Assembly (NCBI GenBank): GCA_022763065.1
Contig: JALEGH010000038.1
Location: 5,476 to 69,475 of the forward strand
DNA: 64,000 nt
Origin: Alphaproteobacteria bacterium
Lineage (GTDB): Bacteria > Pseudomonadota > Alphaproteobacteria > Micavibrionales > Micavibrionaceae
Direction of reading: 5' to 3'
Shown: one piece after another, positions 26,671 to 35,547 of the stretch
Layout of the letters: each line of letters starts with the position of its first letter
Numbering within the stretch: the stretch's first letter is position 1
Translations under genes and position numbers: made by a program
Notes under the pieces: generated by a model
The model's database searches: none
The model's input: only the letters and a program-made list of their open reading frames with translations
What the model was told of the DNA's origin: nothing

Positions 26671-27177
26671 TTAAACGGATTCATTAACGCCGATGCTGGC
26701 TTTAAGGCCTTGCTTCATATGCCCCGAAGCGCCGTAAATGATTTGTTTTTCTTTTTTTGCGGCCTCTTTGGCCTTTTCCATGATCCGCTCGCCCAGGCGC
26801 TTCATACCGTTTTGCATGCGTTGAAGAGCTGCGTGATTTTCATGGGCAATATCGGCAAAATCCTTTCTCATTTCTTCCAGGCGTTTTTTTAGCTTGGGGT
26901 CTGCGCTTTTAAGCTCGTCTTTGCGGGCAAGAAGCTGGCTCATTCCTTCCAGATAATCACCGGCAATGTGGAGCTTATTATCTTGCAGGCTCATGAAGGT
27001 CTGCGTGTCGGCCTCATTGAGGGCGTTTGTTTCTTCAACCAAAGAATTTCTTAAAGCATCAATCGTGACCATCATTTCATTGATGGCTTTATTAGGGTCG
27101 CGTGACAGGCGCAACGCCTTGGGCGCGGGAGGGGCTGTTGTGGATTCTGTCGATGGAGTGTGCGTTTGGTTTTGCAT
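26671..27177 (-). CDS. FlgN-like/FlbY-position flagellar protein (putative chaperone)
   Basis: 168 aa and helical, located downstream of flgI-cheL as flbY is in Caulobacter. Assigned by synteny and a loose FlgN-like pattern. Confidence 0.4.
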   Translation of the reverse strand: MQNQTHTPSTESTTAPPAPKALRLSRDPNKAINEMMVTIDALRNSLVEETNALNEADTQTFMSLQDNKLHIAGDYLEGMSQLLARKDELKSADPKLKKRLEEMRKDFADIAHENHAALQRMQNGMKRLGERIMEKAKEAAKKEKQIIYGASGHMKQGLKASIGVNESV

Positions 27178-27572
27178 TATTTGTCTCCCTGTGGTGTTAA
27201 ATTCTGGGCTTCGCCCTGCATACGGATCAGCTCCGTTTTCACCATATCGGCAATGCCGAGCTGTCCGGTCTCTGCCATCATTTTGGTGTATTCCTGCAAT
27301 AAAAGACCTTTGAAAATTTCTTCACCTTTACCGCCGCCAAAGCGCGCATCAGGTTTGATCGAATTAAAAACAGGTTTCATCATCTCGGCCATGAACATTG
27401 CTTCAAAATCTTTTGCTACAGCATTGAGCTGCGCGTTCTCTTTATCGCTTAATCCGTTTTCTGTGGCCTGTTTTTTAAGCGCTGAAGCTTTCGCCGAGAC
27501 ATCAGCTTGTGATGCCTGCATAAGGGCAAGTGACGTATCAGCGGTTAAATTATGGGAGGTCAAAGTGTTCAT
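27177..27572 (-). CDS. flgJ: rod-binding protein (FlgJ N-domain only / CheL)
   Basis: AKDFEAMFMAEMMKPVF rod-binding motif. It is 131 aa with no muramidase domain. Confidence 0.8.
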   Translation of the reverse strand: MNTLTSHNLTADTSLALMQASQADVSAKASALKKQATENGLSDKENAQLNAVAKDFEAMFMAEMMKPVFNSIKPDARFGGGKGEEIFKGLLLQEYTKMMAETGQLGIADMVKTELIRMQGEAQNLTPQGDK

Positions 27573-28747
27573 TATAATGTCTCGATCTCTGCTTGTAGGG
27601 CGCCGGCGGCTTTGATGGCTTGAAGAATGGTGATCACATCACGTGGTGCCACGCCCAGCCTGTTCAAACCTGTGACAAGGTCTTGAAGCGTCACACCTGT
27701 TTCCACGACAGCCAGTTTTGCATCTGGTCCGGTATTAATTTCTATATCTGTACGTGGCACAGTCACGGTTTGCCCTTGCGCGGCGAAGGGGTTGGGTTGG
27801 GAGACTTGAGGGGTCTCGGTAATTTTAACGGTTAGATTTGCTTGCGCGATGGCAACTGTTGAGATACGCACGTCCGAGCCCATGACAATCACGCCGGATC
27901 TTTCATCAATCACCACACGTGCGATTTGATCCGGCTGCACGGGGAGCTGTTCGATATCCGTGATCAGATCAACAATATTACCCTTATAGTTGTTGGGCAG
28001 GCGCAGCACCACACTGGCAGAATTTTCGGCCTTTGACACTTTGTCTGATGTGAAACCGTTAATGGCTTGGGAAATTCTGCGCGCGGTGGTGAAATCCGGA
28101 TTGCGCAGCGCCAGGCGCACTTCCTGTAAATCCGCCAGTTGGAACTCTATTTCACGCTCAACAATCGCACCTTCGGGAATGCGTCCGGCGGTCGGGATGT
28201 TTTGCACCACGCTGCCCGATTGTCCTTCTACGGTAAAGCCGGAAATAATCACAGGTCCTTGCGCAACGGCATAAATTTCTCCATCTGCGGCCATAAGCGG
28301 CGTGACCAAGAGCGTTCCACCCTGAAGGCTTTCGGCATCTCCCAGCGCAGAAATATTGACATCAATTTCTGCGCCCTGATTGGTAAAGGGGGGGAGGGTG
28401 GCCGTCACCATCACGGCGGCGACGTTACCGGTGTTCAAATTTTGTCCCCGGATGCTCACGCCTAGGCGCTCCAACATGGCAATCAGGCTTTGCTCGGTAA
28501 AGGGGGAGTTATTTAGGGAATCTCCTGTACCGTTGAGGCCCACGACCAGACCGTACCCTACGAGCTGGTTATCACGCACCCCTTCAAAATCAACAATGTC
28601 TTTGATACGGGTGGTTTTGGCCACAGCAGAAGTTGAAAAAGCTGCCACGAACAAAGACGCGATCAAGACCAGCATGACAATCCCCGCCATAAAATGAAGG
28701 GAATGGATGATGAAGGCTTTGTCTTTGCGTGCTCTTATATATGGCAT
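27572..28747 (-). CDS. flgI: flagellar P-ring protein FlgI
   Basis: Signal peptide, then RIKDIVDFEGVRDNQLVGYGLVVGLNGTGD. Confidence 0.95.
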   Translation of the reverse strand: MPYIRARKDKAFIIHSLHFMAGIVMLVLIASLFVAAFSTSAVAKTTRIKDIVDFEGVRDNQLVGYGLVVGLNGTGDSLNNSPFTEQSLIAMLERLGVSIRGQNLNTGNVAAVMVTATLPPFTNQGAEIDVNISALGDAESLQGGTLLVTPLMAADGEIYAVAQGPVIISGFTVEGQSGSVVQNIPTAGRIPEGAIVEREIEFQLADLQEVRLALRNPDFTTARRISQAINGFTSDKVSKAENSASVVLRLPNNYKGNIVDLITDIEQLPVQPDQIARVVIDERSGVIVMGSDVRISTVAIAQANLTVKITETPQVSQPNPFAAQGQTVTVPRTDIEINTGPDAKLAVVETGVTLQDLVTGLNRLGVAPRDVITILQAIKAAGALQAEIETL

Positions 28748-28786
28748 AGCGTTAGTCTTTCGGTACTTATGTTCGTCTTTTATCTA

Positions 28787-28802
28787 TGCGAAAGCTGTGC
28801 CA
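28787..28802 (-). promoter_or_regulatory. sigma-54 promoter of the flgI operon
   Basis: The minus strand reads TGGCACagcttTCGCA, matching 10 of 11 positions of TGGCAC-N5-TTGCA, 39 nt upstream of the flgI ATG. Confidence 0.6.
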
Positions 28803-28994
28803 GTTGTAATTTTGTTTTATTTCAAATGGTTAGATGAGGTTTGGGCCTGCGATTATGACATGAGGTAGGACAGGAATTGCCCTTTTACGGTTAGGCGCAA
28901 AAAACATACGGCAAATTTTGCCGCCTTGATTTTTGGGGAGGCTCAGGGGAGAATGAAAGAAGGGAAAAACATTACATTTAAGTGGAATGAATTC

Positions 28995-29432
28995 ATGGAA
29001 ATTAAAGGTCCGTCCAAAACCGGAGAAACCAAGAAGGCTGGCAAGGCCAAAAAGGCGGCGAAATCTGACGGATCGTTCGGCGCAATGGTGGCGGACAGTG
29101 TGAAAGAAACCGCGGGAACGGCTGCTACCAGCGCGATAGCCAAGGTTGACGCGTTGCTTGCGGTGCAAGGGGTGGAAAGTGCGACGGAAGGCAAAACCCG
29201 GCGCAAAATGCATGAGCGCGGGGAGAAAATTCTCCGTCAAATGGACCATTTACGTTTGGCCATTTTGACAGGAAATCTATCGGTAGGGCACATCGTGGAT
29301 ATTGCTGATGTTGTGGCTTCTCACCGTGAAAAAATCACCGATCCGGATTTGAGCGCGGTACTGGATGAGGTGGATTTGCGCGCGCAAATTGAGCTCGCCA
29401 AAATCAAAAAAGCACTAGCAGATAAGGTTTGA
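28995..29432 (+). CDS. fliX: flagellar assembly regulator FliX
   Basis: ...VDALLAVQGVE...RRKMHERGEKILRQMDHLRLAILTGNL...ITDPDLSAVLDEVDLRAQIELAKI parallels Caulobacter FliX. It is divergent from flgI, as in Caulobacter. The ATG at 28995 (MEIKG) is preferred. The ORF track starts at 28926. Confidence 0.7.
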   Translation: MEIKGPSKTGETKKAGKAKKAAKSDGSFGAMVADSVKETAGTAATSAIAKVDALLAVQGVESATEGKTRRKMHERGEKILRQMDHLRLAILTGNLSVGHIVDIADVVASHREKITDPDLSAVLDEVDLRAQIELAKIKKALADKV

Positions 29433-29564
29433 TGACATAACTCACTCCAATGTATGTCTGGGGAGCCTTTTGGGCATTACGTCTTGCCAAGAAGGGTAGA
29501 GCTGATCTATATTTCTCCCCTGTTTTAAACCATATGATATGAACGAAAGTGGGTTGGAATTATC

Positions 29565-30062
29565 ATGGCAAATGCAAAACCTGCGGCAAAAACTGCTGCA
29601 AAGAAGAAAGTGTCCAAAAAGGCGCCCAAAAAAACGCTTAAGGAAGTCTCGATTCCCAAAAATTATGATCCTTTGAAGGATAAAAAGGGATATATGAATC
29701 CGGTCATGCTTGAGTATTTCAAGCAAAAGCTTATTGATTGGCGCACGGAGCTGCTTAAAGAATCTTCCGAAACAATTCAAAACACATTGCAGGAAACAGA
29801 GCTACAAAAACCTGATCTGGCTGACCGTGCTTCGGCAGAAACAGACCATGCGTTAGAGCTTCGTACCCGCGATCGGGAGCGTAAACTGATTAACAAGATT
29901 AATTCGGCGCTGGGGCGTATCGAAGAAGATGAATATGGTTACTGTGAAGAAACAGGTGACGAGATTGGTGTGGCGCGGTTAGAGGCTCGCCCTGTGGCTA
30001 CCTTGAGTTTAGAAGCGCAGGAAATGCATGAGCGTAATGAGAAGGTGCACCGCGAGGAGTAG
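29565..30062 (+). CDS. dksA: RNA polymerase-binding transcription factor DksA
   Basis: DRASAETDHALELRTRDRERKLI coiled-coil tip and C-terminal YGYCEETGDEIGVARLEARP. Confidence 0.85.
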   Translation: MANAKPAAKTAAKKKVSKKAPKKTLKEVSIPKNYDPLKDKKGYMNPVMLEYFKQKLIDWRTELLKESSETIQNTLQETELQKPDLADRASAETDHALELRTRDRERKLINKINSALGRIEEDEYGYCEETGDEIGVARLEARPVATLSLEAQEMHERNEKVHREE

Positions 30063-30092
30063 CTGAGTTTTCTAAAATGTGGAGAATAAAAA

Positions 30093-30118
30093 AACCGGCT
30101 TATGAAGGCCGGTTTTTT
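30093..30118 (+). terminator. bidirectional Rho-independent terminator between dksA and the convergent gene
   Basis: AACCGGCT-tatgaa-GGCCGGTT with a flanking A run and T run. Confidence 0.65.
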
Positions 30119-30136
30119 GTTGCGGTTTGTATTGTC

Positions 30137-30643
30137 TTAGTTGTGAAGATGTGAAGGCTCAGGAGGGACACGGCTGGCTCTATCTATTTGCTTATCCAAC
30201 ATTTCCGAGGTGAGAGAATTTAATTTTGGATCAACACGCTCAGTCACTTCGATTCCAAATATTGATTTTTCAAAATGTTGATCCATTAGTCTATTAAATT
30301 CGGCAGAGTTTTTGTCGGTCTTTAATGCCTCAAGTTTCGATACTGTTTCTGCTGTCAACCCTGCTGCTTGTGATGCGCACTCTATGAGTGCTTCATCTTC
30401 AATGCTATCAATTTTTTTAAATTGGGATTTTAACTGTTCCAGTGTTTGAGTTTTTGGAGAGGGAAGAGTCTTCAGATAATCGTTGAGTTGATCCGTGACA
30501 CAAACAGCTAATTTTTCTGTATTTTGTACTCTTTCAATATTCATCTCCAACAGGCTTGGAATTTCCTGTGCATTTGCAGCAGGCGCAAAAGCAACCATGA
30601 GAGGCAAAATAGCGCTTGCGGCGACTGTTGATAGTTTACTCAT
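30137..30643 (-). CDS. hypothetical secreted protein
   Basis: Sec signal peptide MSKLSTVAASAILPLMVAFAPAANA-QE. 168 aa. No motif recognised. Confidence 0.55.
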   Translation of the reverse strand: MSKLSTVAASAILPLMVAFAPAANAQEIPSLLEMNIERVQNTEKLAVCVTDQLNDYLKTLPSPKTQTLEQLKSQFKKIDSIEDEALIECASQAAGLTAETVSKLEALKTDKNSAEFNRLMDQHFEKSIFGIEVTERVDPKLNSLTSEMLDKQIDRASRVPPEPSHLHN

Positions 30644-30658
30644 TTTTAATTTCCTTTT

Positions 30659-30838
30659 TTATAGCCAATTTGGCGCTGGAGCCTGTTTTCTGGGGGCCTG
30701 TTTTTCAAGGTGCTTTTCGAGTTGTTTTCCAATTTTTTCAAACACAGATTCCATGATCTCGATCATACCTTTGTTTATCTCTTGCTCGAATGTTTCCTTA
30801 TCTACATGCGATTGTAGAAGTTGATCAAAATCTTCCAT
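30659..30838 (-). CDS. small hypothetical protein (59 aa, below the ORF-track cutoff)
   Basis: Hand translation gives MEDFDQLLQSHVDKETFEQEINKGMIEIMESVFEKIGKQLEKHLEKQAPRKQAPAPNWL. It has the same orientation as its neighbours. There is no other support. Confidence 0.25.
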   Translation of the reverse strand: MEDFDQLLQSHVDKETFEQEINKGMIEIMESVFEKIGKQLEKHLEKQAPRKQAPAPNWL

Positions 30839-31094
30839 TTTCTGTAGAAAGGCTTGAAATTCTTATTCTGTTTTTGGCAGTTGCTCAGGAATTTGAGGAA
30901 TTTGATCTGCTGAAATATCTGTTGCGCTTATAATACATTTGGTGGTCATCTCATTCATTTGCTTTAGAGAAGGTTTTTCTTGCGGAGCCAGACTTTCTTC
31001 TTGTGGGCCGAGCATAGATTTTTTTATGTAAGATATAGGGCTAGCACTGCAAAATAGTTCTGTCAAATAAAAATTTTCTAGATTTAAAAATGCC

Positions 31095-31121
31095 GGATCC
31101 CCGCTTTCGCGGGGATGACGG
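31095..31121. repeat. REP-like perfect palindrome
   Basis: ATCCCCGC-tttc-GCGGGGAT is an 8-bp perfect stem. The flanks resemble the element at 19151-19178. Confidence 0.4.
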
Positions 31122-31171
31122 TGAGAAGAATAATTCGCGTTTATGCGTGTCCATTCGTGGTTCAAATAGGC

Positions 31172-31939
31172 CTAAAACGGGAAGAGGATGTCATAGACCT
31201 GATGGCCGTAGCGGGGTTGCTGAACATCCGTGATTTGACCTTTGCCGCCGTAAGAAATTCTTGCCTCGGCAATTTTCTCGTAAGAAATGGCATTATCCAC
31301 TGTGATATCTTCGGGGCGGATGACGCCGGCGAGCTCCAAAATACGCTTTTCAAAATTCACGCGTACTTCTTGGCGTCCCTGAATAAGCATATTACCGTTG
31401 GGTAGAACTTGCGTGACAGTGGCGGCGAGCTTCATGCGCACTTCTTCTTCGCGCTCCGTGCTGCCGCTTCCCCGGCTGGAAGAGGTCGAGTTGGCATCTA
31501 CCAAATCTGCATTGTTAATACCTTCTGAGAGGATATCGGGCAGGTCCAGCTCATACCCTAAAAAGGAATCAAGTCCTGCGCCTTCATTGGCACTTCTACT
31601 GCGTTGTGATTCATTTTCAAGCTCGGCTTCATCGTCGATATCAATCATGACGGTGAGGATGTCACCGACTTGATGGGCGCGCTGGTCCTTAAAGAAGGTT
31701 TGCTTATCGCCGCCCCATAGGGAATTTTTTTGCGGTTTCACTTCGGCGATTTGGGGCATGGGCATGGAAACGGTTTTATATTGCCCGTTTTCTGCCGGGT
31801 TCTTGATGGGGGCTAAATCTGGTGCTTTACCAACATTGGCGAGGCGTTCGGGCATACTACATGCGCCAAGCGATAGACTTAAAATCGCAGCAGTGGAGAT
31901 GAGAAGTTTTCTATAGTTGAATGTTGAATGGCTAGACAT
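31172..31939 (-). CDS. flgH: flagellar L-ring lipoprotein FlgH
   Basis: Lipobox LSLGAC and the FlgH core ...GDILTVMIDIDD... Confidence 0.9.
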   Translation of the reverse strand: MSSHSTFNYRKLLISTAAILSLSLGACSMPERLANVGKAPDLAPIKNPAENGQYKTVSMPMPQIAEVKPQKNSLWGGDKQTFFKDQRAHQVGDILTVMIDIDDEAELENESQRSRSANEGAGLDSFLGYELDLPDILSEGINNADLVDANSTSSSRGSGSTEREEEVRMKLAATVTQVLPNGNMLIQGRQEVRVNFEKRILELAGVIRPEDITVDNAISYEKIAEARISYGGKGQITDVQQPRYGHQVYDILFPF

Positions 31940-31968
31940 TTTTTATACTCCTTATTTTGTTTATTGCA

Positions 31969-32937
31969 CTATTGCACGACGACCAGATTTTCACCGGTAA
32001 CGAGCGCGTCGATATTGCGGCTGCTGTTTAAATTACTAATGCGGACCAGATCGCCTTTGGCGCCTGATTGCAGGGCGCGGCCCTTGGCGGTGAGTGTGAG
32101 GGGTCCGCTTTTATAAATAATATTCACACGCTCGCCACGTTCAACCAGTTGCGGGCGCTCCAACTGTCCGGCCATAATAAATTTTCCGGCGTAAGCCATG
32201 CGGCGCGGTGTCATACCGATCAGGTCTTTGGCATCCAGAATGATATTATGTTGCAGTTGTTTTTGCGGCACTTGCATGAGATCAATATCGTTCTTACCAA
32301 TGATGTCGCCGTTGCGTAGATTGCTACGCAAGACAGGCACCTCTACCAAACGCTCAACCATACCGCTCACACTTATTTTTTTGAGCGGGTTGTCGAGAGA
32401 AGGCGACACGATCTGCGCGATGAAATAGTCCTTTTGCGGGTTAAAGCTCATGGATTTTATTTCTGCGCTTTGGGGTAAGTCGTTGGGCAAGGTTAGGCTG
32501 GGCTTGCCGTTATTGAGCGCTACGCTGAAATTTCCGCTCACCCCTTTTTCGTTTAGCGCGGATTTAAGGCTTTGTTCAATCACCTCATAAGGAACAATAG
32601 TGGCTTCACGACGGATGATAACGTGGTCACCATTGCTTTTGGGTTTCCAGGGTAGGTCAAGTGCAACGGCAATGCGGTAAAGGGTCCGAGCGTTTAAGAC
32701 CATATCCTCTCCTGGTTGTGGTGCAACGCCAATCACATAGTCCGCGTTGCGGGAGAGGTTGTCGAATAAGTCGCCCAGCTTTAGCGTGTCCTCATGAACA
32801 ACACTCACATTTTTAAGGCTGGCAGCCGTTGAGATTTCAACGCTGAGCATGAAGGAGATAAAAAACACCCAAAAAGAGACAAAAAGAATTGTAACCTTTG
32901 AGACAAATCTTATGCTGTTCCAGAATGTTTTGATCAT
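31969..32937 (-). CDS. flgA: P-ring assembly chaperone FlgA
   Basis: Signal/TM N-terminus, a SAF-like C-terminus (GDLVRISNLNSSRNIDALV), and position between flgG and flgH. Confidence 0.8.
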   Translation of the reverse strand: MIKTFWNSIRFVSKVTILFVSFWVFFISFMLSVEISTAASLKNVSVVHEDTLKLGDLFDNLSRNADYVIGVAPQPGEDMVLNARTLYRIAVALDLPWKPKSNGDHVIIRREATIVPYEVIEQSLKSALNEKGVSGNFSVALNNGKPSLTLPNDLPQSAEIKSMSFNPQKDYFIAQIVSPSLDNPLKKISVSGMVERLVEVPVLRSNLRNGDIIGKNDIDLMQVPQKQLQHNIILDAKDLIGMTPRRMAYAGKFIMAGQLERPQLVERGERVNIIYKSGPLTLTAKGRALQSGAKGDLVRISNLNSSRNIDALVTGENLVVVQ

Positions 32938-32980
32938 TTCATACTCCTTATTATTTAATTACTTACTTGCTTTTTACCAT

Positions 32981-33772
32981 CTATCTAATCTGTGTGATGG
33001 TTTGCAGCATCTCATCACTTGTGGTGATGACGTTTGAATTCATTTCATAGGCACGTTGTGCGGCGATCAGATTGGTGATTTCCTCAACAATATTGACGTT
33101 GGAATTCTCAATCGCGCCTTGACGAATTGTTCCATATTCTTCCGTACCTGGTGTACCGGTTTGAACATCGCCGGAGGCCGGTGTTTCCAAGAACATTGTA
33201 TCGCCAATAGCTTCTAGGCCTGCCGGGTTGACGAAAGTTGCTAGCTCAATTTGGCCAATATTGTTGTATTCAACCTGATCGGGAATTTTAACCAGCACTT
33301 CACCGGAATTATTGACAATAATATCAAGCGCGTCCTGAGGAACAGTGAGGCCCGGCTGTAATCTGTATCCTTGCGGCGTTACGATTTCACCATTTTCATT
33401 AAGCTGAAAAACACTGGCTCTTGTATAGGCGGTTTCGCCGTCAGGGAGTTCAATCTGGTAGTAACCTTCACCAGTGATGGCCAAATCCAGCTCATTTTCT
33501 GTGAGCTGAATGGTGCCTTGTTCATGCAAGCGGTAGATCGCACCAAGGCTGACCCCCAGACCAAACTGCATTCCGGAGGGAACGGTTGTATCCGCATCAG
33601 ATGATGTGGCGCCGGGGCGTAATTTATTTTGATAAATCAGATCATGAAACTCGGCGCGTTGACGCTTAAAGCCGGTCGTTGTCATGTTGGCGATGTTGTT
33701 GGAGATTACATCCACATTTTGCTGTTGGGCGAGCATTCCCGTTGCGCCGATATCCAAAGAGCGTGTTACCAT
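32981..33772 (-). CDS. flgG: distal rod protein FlgG
   Basis: N-terminal ...NNIANMTTTGFKR and C-terminal ...LIAAQRAYEMNSNVITTSDEM. Confidence 0.95.
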   Translation of the reverse strand: MVTRSLDIGATGMLAQQQNVDVISNNIANMTTTGFKRQRAEFHDLIYQNKLRPGATSSDADTTVPSGMQFGLGVSLGAIYRLHEQGTIQLTENELDLAITGEGYYQIELPDGETAYTRASVFQLNENGEIVTPQGYRLQPGLTVPQDALDIIVNNSGEVLVKIPDQVEYNNIGQIELATFVNPAGLEAIGDTMFLETPASGDVQTGTPGTEEYGTIRQGAIENSNVNIVEEITNLIAAQRAYEMNSNVITTSDEMLQTITQIR

Positions 33773-33810
33773 TTTTATTTCTCCTTATTATTTTTTGTTA
33801 CCTAAATTCT

Positions 33811-34536
33811 TTAAGCTTGCGTTTTCGCCAGTCTTTGCGTCATGGTTCTGAGGCGTTCATGCTCTGACTGCATCATATTTTGCACGGCCTGATATTCGCG
33901 GTGCACATCAATCATGCGGGTCATTTCGACAACGGCTTGCACATTGGAGCCTTCGATCTTCCCTTGAAGCACAGTTGTCTTTTCGGCTGGGATGGCAGGA
34001 GCTTCAGTCACATAAAGACCGTTACCGGCGGGGTTGAGCTCTTGAGTGTTTTCAAATTCAACCACCATGAGTTGGCCTATCTGACCCTGATCAGTGGAGA
34101 CCACGCCTTTTTTATCAATGGCGATATATTTTGCATCTGCGGGAATAGTGATATCTCCGCCGCCCACACTGGCTACAGCCATGCCGCGTGCATTACGCAG
34201 CACACCTTCGGCATCCATGCTGAGATTTCCGGCTCGTGTATATTGCACACCCTCAGGGGTTTGAATGCCTAAAAATCCGTTTCCCACAAGCGCGATATCA
34301 AGCGGATTACCAGTATCTTTAATGCTGCCCGGATCGGTCATTTGATATTGCCCGTAATCCAGAACAAGCGAGATGTCTTCTTTCATATATCGGGGGTCTT
34401 CAATATATTCGGAGAAGATCATGTTTTGCCCCCGAAAGCCCGGCGTGTTGAGGTTCGCCACATTATTGGCAATAATGCTCATATTTTCCCGCAGGACAAC
34501 TTGTTTGGATAGGCCGATATAGAGTGAATTTTCCAT
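33811..34536 (-). CDS. flgF: proximal rod protein FlgF
   Basis: N-terminal ...NNVANLNTPGFR and C-terminal ...MIDVHREYQAV. It lies upstream of flgG. Confidence 0.9.
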   Translation of the reverse strand: MENSLYIGLSKQVVLRENMSIIANNVANLNTPGFRGQNMIFSEYIEDPRYMKEDISLVLDYGQYQMTDPGSIKDTGNPLDIALVGNGFLGIQTPEGVQYTRAGNLSMDAEGVLRNARGMAVASVGGGDITIPADAKYIAIDKKGVVSTDQGQIGQLMVVEFENTQELNPAGNGLYVTEAPAIPAEKTTVLQGKIEGSNVQAVVEMTRMIDVHREYQAVQNMMQSEHERLRTMTQRLAKTQA

Positions 34537-34590
34537 TTTAAGTTTTCGTTCCTTTTAGGCTTTTGGTTGGTTTAACTCACTCCTGATCAA

Positions 34591-34606
34591 TGCAGTTGCC
34601 GTGCCA
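34591..34606 (-). promoter_or_regulatory. sigma-54 promoter of the flgFGAH operon
   Basis: The minus strand reads TGGCACggcaaCTGCA, matching 10 of 11 consensus positions, ~55 nt upstream of the flgF ATG. Confidence 0.6.
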
Positions 34607-34909
34607 TAACATTAAGTTGTTGTTTTTAAATAATATTTTTTGGTATGGGGCGGGGTGAAGTAGGAAGAATAAAGGTTTTTCCTAGGTATGGATGGGGCAA
34701 AACAGGCAAGTTTTTCCGTTTTATGTTCGTTTGTGTCGCAGGGGGGATGGACTGACATATACTGTGGGCTGTTGGTAAAAGCTGCTGGTCAGATAGGTCG
34801 TATTTTTCTTATAATTAATTCGGTGTTGATGAAGCTATGTTATTCTTAAAATTCAATAAGTTATAAAATTTGCCGGAAAGCTCTTAGGTGGAACCTAGAG
34901 GCTTAAAAA

Positions 34910-35476
34910 ATGAGAGGTGTCTTGAATATGGCCGAAGGACAGGTAAACGCGTCGCTGGATGTGGAAGATGAAAGTGAAGAAGAGGATGAGGGCGGTGGAC
35001 TAGACGCCAAGAAGCTCATCCTTTTTGCGGTCATACCGCTTCTAATTATTGGAGCGGGGGCTGGTGCCTATTTTATGGGTGTCTTTGATAAAGGCGATGA
35101 AACGCAGCAGCATGCGGGTGCTGATGCTCATGGCGGGGAGAAAGATAAGCATGGCGGAGATGCTCACGCTGGCACGGCTTTTCTCGAAATTCCTGACATG
35201 ATTGTGAATTTAAGCAGTAGTGACGGACAACCCAGATATTTGAGGCTCAAGGTTCAGTTGGAGCTTAAAGATGAAATGGAAAAAGCGTCAGTGGAAAAAG
35301 TTATGCCGCGTGTGGTGGACCAGTTTCAGACTTATTTGCGTGAGCTCCGGGTACGTGATTTGCGTGGTTCTGCAGGAATTTACAGGTTGCAGATGGAGTT
35401 GCTTTCGCGTGTGAATGCGGCGGCCTATCCGGTCGAGGTGCAAGATGTATTGTTTCAGGAAATTCTGATACAATAA
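34910..35476 (+). CDS. fliL: flagellar basal-body-associated protein FliL
   Basis: Single TM segment (LILFAVIPLLIIGAGAGAYF) and the FliL C-domain (...LRLKVQLELKD...). An alternative start lies at 34928 (MAEGQ). Confidence 0.85.
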   Translation: MRGVLNMAEGQVNASLDVEDESEEEDEGGGLDAKKLILFAVIPLLIIGAGAGAYFMGVFDKGDETQQHAGADAHGGEKDKHGGDAHAGTAFLEIPDMIVNLSSSDGQPRYLRLKVQLELKDEMEKASVEKVMPRVVDQFQTYLRELRVRDLRGSAGIYRLQMELLSRVNAAAYPVEVQDVLFQEILIQ

Positions 35477-35547
35477 GAATGAATTTTTATGCGAAAAAAG
35501 AATGATCCGTTAATTCATCTGTTAATTTAAAAGGCTAAACAGAATAA

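Noticed and set aside
28830-29249. 139-aa minus-strand ORF between flgI and fliX
   Set aside because: It overlaps the fliX coding frame, which has clear FliX similarity, and the sigma-54 promoter region. Its composition is Arg/Phe-rich.
30863-31165. 100-aa minus-strand ORF (MNHEWTRINANYSSHRHPRESGDPAF...)
   Set aside because: Its N-terminal half is translation of the REP-like palindrome at 31095-31121. At most a 50-aa C-terminal piece (from 31015) could be real, and I have no support for it.
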